DNA of 63,786 nt, filler included, from Octopus bimaculoides (Eukaryota), in assembly GCF_001194135.2 (NCBI RefSeq). It is 8 parts of 8 records of this genome, joined end to end, with 100 filler letters (N's around TTAATTAATTAA, not from the genome) between each part and the next. Parts side by side here need not be neighbours in the genome. Positions count along the whole stretch, not along the records: positions 42,734 to 57,517 come from NC_069001.1; positions 57,618 to 59,576 come from NC_069007.1; positions 59,677 to 62,221 come from NW_026320254.1; positions 62,322 to 63,786 come from NW_026429764.1; 4 more parts are not named here. One strand, 5' to 3'. The translations under genes were made by a program, and so were the position numbers. Positions 54,401-63,786 of the stretch are shown piece after piece. How positions within the stretch are numbered: the first letter of the stretch is position 1; the number at the start of each line of letters is the position of its first letter. The notes under the pieces were generated by a model. It saw nothing but the letters and a program-made list of their open reading frames with translations, was not told where the DNA came from and searched no databases.

Positions 54401-57129
54401 AGTGCTGATGCACGGTCAACAGGCCGAGCATGGGCACGTGTCGCTTGATAACAGTAGAGGGTACAAATATACATACATGCATGTAAAATATGCACATAGA
54501 CGCGCACATGCATATATGTTTACTTGTATACGTTTCTGCGTATGTTTTGTGTTTGTGCATGAATTTGTATGAACGTGTGTTTGAGTGTATCTGTGATGTG
54601 TTATAAATATGTATGTAATATTTGAGCTGCACGATTATTCAAATTTCCTCTGTTCAGTGTTCTGCAAGATTATACGGAATGACTTTTACGAGGATTAATC
54701 CTGTCATTGGCAAGATTTCATCTACCAATATCGAATACTGTTTGTTTCTCTAATGCTTTATTCGATCGAGGAAATATAGGATAAAAACTAGTAAAGAGAA
54801 CTACATGCACATTAGTTCAGCTCAAATTTGGCAAGTTTACAGCAAAGGAAATTGAAATTGCGGTTGTTAAACGTTTAGAAGAGTCTAAGCATTCCAAGGT
54901 TAACATTTGTATTAGAATACCTGTTGTAGATAGACGGTTTTTGAAATCTTTACAATATATGGTCATTTCGGAAAATCCAAATGATTAATCGAAAGTTACA
55001 GATTACCGACTTAGAAAGAGAGTGAAGGATTATATGAGAAATAATACTATGGTTAAGTGAAGCCTACTGCTGTAAGTAGACAGAGCAGAGTATAGTAAGT
55101 GAATCACTCGGTAAATATTATCTTTTTAGGATATTGTTTTTGTTAAATCACTTCCTCTATCGCTCAAAATATTTTTATCCGAACAAAAGGAAAGTAAATA
55201 TCTAATTATTCTATATTCTCTCTCGATGTCCAAATAGAGTTTAAGAAAGTAGGGACCTGAGTAAGCGAAGGAATCATTAGGTGTTGAATGGAATTGTACG
55301 AAATAGCTGCCATATAGAGTCATCGCTTTAAAAATATACGCACTGAATAATATTATCTTCGATATTAAGTCTCTGTTACTGCTGACTTTTAGATAAACGA
55401 CGAGAACGCGCGCAACAAAACTAACGTGAATTTTCTACTAATTGAAAGCAGCGCATCAGCATTTATTGCATGGGATTTTTGCATATTGATTGTAAAACGA
55501 TCAAAAGACTACAAATCTATCAATATTTATCTTCAAAATAAAAGTATTTTACTCTCAAGCGTATCCGTTTTTCTTTGAGTAGAAACAGTTTCAAAGGATT
55601 CCTTAAATCCAAACACTTTAAGTTAAAAAGGACAAAAGAAGTCATTGCAAAATACAGATCTATATACACTATATCTGACTGAATATATAATACTGAGCAA
55701 TGGAACGCTTTCGTATTACATCTGTACTTTTTAATCTAAAAAATATTTAGTGTATTTAAATTAGTGCAGTCTGTGTCAGCATATTAAATATACATCAAAG
55801 GTACGAAGAAACACTGAAGATACGAGGATCAGGACAAGCGTCGGAGAGTAAGCGTAAGTTGTACGTTAAAGTCAAACATATACTGAAAACAGCATGTATG
55901 GAGGAAATAATTGTTAGTTTATGTATATGTGTTTATAGCAATGGGGAATTTAGCGGATGAGTTATTTTAAGGTATATGTAAAATTGTATCTGTATGAACA
56001 GAGATTGAATGTGAATCTGGAAGGAAGAGAAGAGGTAGTTGTATCCATTGAGGCATTAATTACGATGAATGTTGACGTAATAAGGTGTAGAGGGGGAAAA
56101 GGAACGTATGTTTTAAAATTGTAGCTTAATATGTTAATGTGGATGTACGGAGAGTGTTGCCGTGACGTGCTATTCTAGGCATTCATCATTTAAATGAAAA
56201 ATTGTTTAGAGTAAGCCCCCTCAGTTATTAATATTTTGGGGAAGACCTTGTCGAAACGGATAACCAATTTTTGCTCGTTGCACTGATAAGAAAAGACAAG
56301 CATGGTTTGAAAATAACCCACAAACAAGCAATTAAAGATGGTCAGGTGAATTAATATTATATATAAGTGGGAGTGGTGTCCTTATCTTGATTATTGATTT
56401 CTTCGCGTAGCGAAAGCTGCAATCAAGTTGAGGACATCATTCCGACTCCAACTAACACATGATATAAAACTTCCCCATCTCTCAAGTATAGAATAGGTGA
56501 ATTAATGTTGAGAATGATAAATTTAAGAGTTTGTTGCCTCCACGACAGGTGCTCTCTAATTGCTTCCGATAACTGTTTACCATCTTCTGAACACTTACTC
56601 TTCTATACATGTCCATGCACTGGCGTATTATAGTGTAGTTATAAGTCCATTTAAAGCGATCGATGATATGCAGAGTGATTTTAGGCCCGTATAAAATGCT
56701 GCTATTTTGAATGAAGCGGCGGATTTTAATGGCGCTAACAGGGGAAGACAAAGTATCCAGACTGATTGAAGCGTGAATTAAGAGAATTATGATCCAAAAT
56801 ATCGCACAGATGTCTGTCACATCTGAAGGAAGCGTGTCGATGTAAAACTAAGTGCGTAAGGTTGTACTTAGTCGCTTTGGATGTGATAGAAATTTCCCAG
56901 AAGGGTGCGCTGAAAAGTGTGTGGGTGGAGGGAATGGAAGGTACGGAGACGGAAAGATGGTTTAGTGCGTATAGTGTCTCTTTTATTTCAGACACACCCA
57001 TCTATAAAACGTCAGACACTGTAAGAGTTTGCTCGAGCTACTTGACGGTGCAATAAACATTCTTTAAAAGCACTTTATAGTTTAGAAACTGGTAGGGCAA
57101 AAAGCAATATATAGAGATTGATCATCAAT

Positions 57130-57375
57130 CCTTGAGACAAGGAAAGTGTATCCATACTAGAATGTCATTCACCATGAGGGCTCTACTAGATCAAATGACT
57201 GGCGTCATTTCAACTGCCCATGATCTCCACCTACCTTGAAGGTATAATCTCACCTATTTATCCCTGTTTAAAATTTTACCTGAAGATGGTGGAGCATGGT
57301 ATGCTATGATGTATTTTATGAATACGTGAATACAATTCTGCAGAAACAGCTTTCATACATTTTAAAATCCGTTTG
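57130..57375 (+). mobile_element. Probable Penelope-like terminal fragment (third type)
   Basis: TTTTAC-CTGAAGA-TGG at 57274-57289 and GAAACAGC at 57343. The match is weak. Confidence 0.35.
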
Positions 57376-57469
57376 TGTGTTCTTATCTTGCAACACTAAT
57401 TCATAAACTTGAACTTTTCCACTTTTGTAAACCTCCTTTATCATCATTTTTTTCTCCTTGTCTCCGTAT

Positions 57470-57506
57470 TCTTTCTGTTGAAGAGCGTAGCTCGAAACGT
57501 CAAAGA
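57470..57506 (+). ncRNA. Minimal type-I hammerhead-ribozyme-like motif
   Basis: TCTTT-CTGTTGA-A-GAGC-GTA-GCTC-GAAA-CG-TC-AAAGA: stems I and II are perfect, with a GUC site and one core substitution (A6 to U). Confidence 0.55.
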
Positions 57507-57517
57507 CTTTCCGTATT

Positions 57518-57617
57518 NNNNNNNNNNNNNNNNNNNNNNNNNNNNNNNNNNNNNNNNNNNNTTAATTAATTAANNNNNNNNNNNNNNNNNNNNNNNNNNN
57601 NNNNNNNNNNNNNNNNN
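57518..57617. other. Artificial scaffold spacer
   Basis: 44N-TTAATTAATTAA-44N. Confidence 0.95.
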
Positions 57618-57658
<41 letters not shown>

Positions 57659-57666
57659 AAGAGATA

Positions 57667-57722
<56 letters not shown>

Positions 57723-58080
57723 AAGAGAGAGGGGGAGAGTATCTGTGTGTGTGTGTGTGTGTAAAACGTTGATGCTCGCTTTCTGGAGAAACATCACCAT
57801 TTGCCAATGAAAGTTTTCCTACAAAATTTACACACAGAGCCAAAATCATTCCAGAATAACGCATAAATGGAAAAAGATCCCAAGTCGAGAAAAAAATCCC
57901 CTGCGGATAAAATATGCCGTTAGCAAGAAAAGAGATGATGAAAAGCAGATAGTTGTAGTTGGGTGGTAAAGCTTCTCTTGTTCTCTCAATTTCACACTGA
58001 ATATTTCCTTTTTCTCACATGCACTCCCCTACCCACCACATACACACTTTCTTTCTCATCTTTCTTAATATTTTTTATCC

Positions 58081-58250
58081 GTTACTTGTTTCAGTCATTA
58101 GAACTGCTGCCATGCTGGAGCACGAACTTTGAAGGGTTTATTTGAACGAATCGAATCTTGTACTTACCTTTTTCTTTTTTTTTTCTTTTTTAAAGCCATT
58201 TTACTTATTCTATCAGTCTCTTTTGCCAAACTGCTAAATTACGTGGACTG
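58081..58250 (-). mobile_element. SINE family A, tail half only
   Basis: TACTTGTTTCAGTCATTAG..GCCATGCTGGAGCAC..TACTTATTCTATC.GTCTCTTTTGCC matches 12301-12440. Confidence 0.7.
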
Positions 58251-58521
58251 CTAACACAGTAGAACGTGATATTGACTTCTAAAATGTTAGTTTTGTTTCA
58301 TTTTGAAAAATAAAAATTTATTCTATGTATATAATGAATATACTTGTGTGTGTATTGTATATATATATGTGTGTGTGTGTGTGTATGTGTGTGTGTGTGT
58401 GTATGCGTGTATGCGTGTATATATATATATATACACACACACATAAATATACACACGCATATATCTATATATAATTATATAAATATATATGTATGTATGT
58501 GTGTATGTATGTATAGATAGA

Positions 58522-58567
<46 letters not shown>

Positions 58568-59053
58568 AGTATACACCTATACATATAGATATATAGAATG
58601 AGAGTGAAAGAAAGAAAGAAAGAGAAAAGAAAAGAAAGATCGTTTATAAATTTTTGCTTTTCTCATACATACTTATATTTATATATTTCTATATATCATA
58701 CGTTTATTGATAACTTTACATGGTGTTCTATATGTATAAACTCGAAGTGAAAGAGATCGGCTGTCTCCAGACGACAAATCTACATTGATTTCACGGCCGA
58801 ACGAAAGCATTTCTTTTTATCTGTCCATTCTCTCTGACACCAACAGAAAAAGGAGTGGTGAATGTCTGCTGATTTGGGCTTCCGAAGCAGTGGTTTTGTT
58901 TGCCGTAAACAGGCATTCTTCAGCTAGAATACTAAACATGGCGCCATAGGTCTCTCCGTGTTGCTCTACCTGACGTATGTCATTTAAAGTTGGCGGCCGC
59001 GTGGCGCACGACCGTCTAAGAGTTATGGAGTTCTGGTTAGCGTGTGAGTGTGA

Positions 59054-59102
<49 letters not shown>

Positions 59103-59576
59103 TGTGTGCGTGCGCGCGTGTGTGTGTGCGCATATACATGAATACACACACTGAGAAAGTATATGTATCCTATAAGCGTATGTCTGTGTGTGTGTGTATA
59201 CATATATACATATATATGTATGTATTATGTATGTATGTATGTATGTATGTAGGTATGCATGTATGTATGTATGTAGTTGTATGGTTATGTATGCACATGT
59301 TCGATGATTATTTGTATGTGTGTATGTGTGTGAGTGTGTGTACATGAGTGAGGAAGTAAAAGTTTATATATACCTATATGTGTATGTATATATGTACGTG
59401 TCATATATATACATACATATATATATATATACAAATATATACGCTTGTTTATATAAACATAATTGAGTCTGTATGAGATTCATATATAACCATACAATAC
59501 ATATATGCATACATATGTATGTATATATATATATGTATATACATATATATATATATATGTATATACATATATATAT

Positions 59577-59676
59577 NNNNNNNNNNNNNNNNNNNNNNNN
59601 NNNNNNNNNNNNNNNNNNNNTTAATTAATTAANNNNNNNNNNNNNNNNNNNNNNNNNNNNNNNNNNNNNNNNNNNN
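59577..59676. other. Artificial scaffold spacer
   Basis: 44N-TTAATTAATTAA-44N. Confidence 0.95.
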
Positions 59677-59880
59677 GTCAACGTCTTTATGTAACTAAAA
59701 TCTCCAACAAACGGTGGGAAATATTTCTTCTGGACAATGGAATTAACAGCAACATCTTCTTGTCATCACTGTCTGGAATGTAGAGGAGGTGATCACTTTA
59801 CAGGTTAATTAAACTTGGTTAACGTTACAAAGGAGTTGACAGTTTTCACCTTTTGATTTACATATTAAGATCACACATGA

Positions 59881-61840
<1,960 letters not shown>

Positions 61841-62100
61841 ATCATTCACTGTAAAAAAAAAAAAACGCATCCATCCACATTGGGTGTTCGCAAACATGTA
61901 ACTGTATCAATGACAAAATGCATTACATAAAAACAATGAAGACTGTTTTGTCTGCTAAAAGACTGTTCGTCCACTTGTCAATTTGGACATCACCTACTTC
62001 AGTCCCGGATTTGTGATCATTTGTAAAAATATTGACTCTGAGGTAACTTGATGACTGAGAATGTCTGGTTGGATTTCAAGGAATTTGTTAAAAAACGATG

Positions 62101-62106
62101 AATAAA
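62101..62106 (+). promoter_or_regulatory. Candidate polyadenylation signal of the zinc-finger gene
   Basis: AATAAA about 260 bp after the stop codon. Confidence 0.35.
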
Positions 62107-62173
62107 AAGTTAGATTGTAACCATTTCCCGTTCGTTATGTTACTCTATATCTAGACACTGTCTCCTCTATACC

Positions 62174-62221
62174 TTAACCCTTTAGTGTTCACATTATTCT
62201 GCCATAATTAATGCTTTTTTA
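62174..62221 (+). mobile_element. Possible piggyBac-type terminus cut by the scaffold end
   Basis: TTAA followed by CCCTTT, the typical piggyBac target site plus TIR start. Confidence 0.35.
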
Positions 62222-62321
62222 NNNNNNNNNNNNNNNNNNNNNNNNNNNNNNNNNNNNNNNNNNNNTTAATTAATTAANNNNNNNNNNNNNNNNNNNNNNN
62301 NNNNNNNNNNNNNNNNNNNNN
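62222..62321. other. Artificial scaffold spacer
   Basis: 44N-TTAATTAATTAA-44N. Confidence 0.95.
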
Positions 62322-62359
<38 letters not shown>

Positions 62360-62399
62360 CACACATATGTAACATATATATATATGTACATGTATGTAT

Positions 62400-62983
62400 A
62401 TATATATACTAACACCCTAGTGAAGATCGTGCGGGTGTTAATCTGAAAAATTACCGAAATAACAGTAATAACGTCAGTGAAAAATAAATATTTAGTAAAT
62501 TGCCTTTCACATAATTTATCACTATCAGTTACAAAAGCCAAAACATTTATTCAAATCCTTCAAATTCACCGTCACTTTCAGCACTAAATAACTGTTCCAT
62601 TTGTTCCTCCGTAAACATCATTGTAGAGTAAATCTCCGTCAACATCAGAAGATTCACTTTCATTCATTTCATCTTTCCATACAACGTCATCCTGATTCCC
62701 CTCCAGGGCAGACGATATACAACACTTTTAATTTTAATAAATGTTGCTTACTGCAAGTTATGGATGATTCTTTTATGACTTCGTTGCTTTTAAGGCTTAG
62801 CTTAAGGTATTCTCGCGCCCGACATCACAAAATGCGTCTGAATAAACATTGCCGGACAACAAATAGAGACTCGGACATTGCTGAGAATATATTTTTCATT
62901 TTTAACCTCGTATATAATACGCATTAGGGATTTTGACCTTTAAATTTTGGAGAAAAAATGCGGATTATACTCGGATTTACGGA
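62400..62983 (-). mobile_element. Internally deleted pogo/Tigger-like element
   Basis: The 5' end reads CCGTAAATCCGAGTATAATCCGCA with an inner inverted copy. The transposase C-terminus KCCISSALEGNQDDVVWKD..SAESDGEFEGFE* survives. Confidence 0.7.
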
Positions 62984-63029
62984 ATATAATATATATATTT
63001 TTTTTTTCACAGGAATTTTCAATTGGCCG

Positions 63030-63088
63030 GATAACTGAAGATATTGGCGTGGGCTCCCACCCTGGCATCCGAAACACGGAGTTTTATC
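63030..63088 (+). ncRNA. Type-I hammerhead-ribozyme-like motif
   Basis: GATAA-CTGAAGA-(hairpin ..GTGG/CCAC..)-GAAA-CACGGAG-TT-TTATC, with stem I GATAA/TTATC and AATAAA downstream. Confidence 0.5.
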
Positions 63089-63443
63089 ATGGCTACTGAA
63101 TAAATGTCACATATTTTTACAGATAAATTCCTCTATTTGCATAATATCGAGGTCTCTTTCTTTCTTTTGTTGTCCTTCCTGTCAAATAATATATATATAT
63201 ATATATATATAAATGAAACATTCAAACACTAAGATTTGAAATCAGATGTTACTACTGTTCATATGATCTGTGGATAAATTTTAAAATTGATGATATCACC
63301 AGCAGTGACATAGGTGGATCGCAGTTGTAATAGCATTAAATAGCTATGAATTATAAATTTGCACAAAGCGTAATGATGCTTGTTAAGCATCTACCTGCTA
63401 GAAATAAGAGCTAAAGTCTTATATCAATCCACCGTAGCGCACC

Positions 63444-63786
63444 ATATATCTAAAGATAAGAATGTGTGTCTGTCTGTCTGTGTGAATCCCTAAAACTTGA
63501 GAACTACTCAACCAATTTCATTCAAATTTTAGACATGCCTTACGGTCCAGGTAGTGTTTTAGGCCCAACATTTTTTTAACTTTTTGCCTAGTGCAAGCCC
63601 AGTGCAATATCACATCTCCACGATTGCAGTATCTCTCAGACAGTTTCACTTTAATACTGAAACTATTAAAGTGAAACTATTATCTCACATATATACATTA
63701 ACTATGAAAACACTGTCTGGTAGCATATAAAATATGAACTGAAGCTAAAACTTATTAAAATATTCTTATTGTTTCTTCAACTTACC
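63444..63786 (+). mobile_element. Probable non-autonomous Helitron-like element, 5' part
   Basis: ATATATCTAAAGATAAG, a (TGTC)n run and GAACTACTCAACCAATTTCATTCAAATTTT, a layout typical of Helitron-N 5' ends. The call is by resemblance only. Confidence 0.45.

Noticed and set aside
56482-57056. Overlapping 60-110 aa ORFs
   Set aside because: No recognisable domain or TE motif in any frame.

Overview
AT-rich, microsatellite-dense eukaryotic DNA. The SINE families, the tandem C2H2 zinc-finger gene and the repeat landscape point to a coleoid cephalopod, probably an Octopus draft assembly (inference). The window is not contiguous: seven artificial 100-bp spacers (44 N + TTAATTAATTAA + 44 N) join eight separate scaffolds (1-11708, 11809-37670, 37771-40387, 40488-42633, 42734-57517, 57618-59576, 59677-62221, 62322-63786), so adjacency across them means nothing. 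The only convincing host gene is a single-exon C2H2 zinc-finger ORF with about 20 fingers (59998-61840, +). Almost everything else recognisable is decayed transposable element: three tRNA-type SINE families (called A, B and C here), RTE, CR1/L2, R4/Dong-like and other restriction-like-endonuclease (RLE) LINEs, Penelope-like elements (PLEs) with GIY-YIG domains, Tc1/mariner elements (mariner, DD37D, DD41D, pogo), a hAT fragment, a MITE and a Helitron-like end. Most long ORFs in the supplied track are artefacts of microsatellites and N gaps. I found no clearly new biological system. The best leads are (1) a CR1/L2 LINE and SINE family A sharing a 3' tail whose hairpin is kept by compensatory substitutions, (2) several minimal hammerhead-ribozyme-like motifs at Penelope-type ends, (3) RLE and Tx1-like LINE ends sitting at specific microsatellites, (4) the duplication history of the zinc-finger array, and (5) a hierarchical satellite. 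All alignments and translations were done by eye; element boundaries are approximate.
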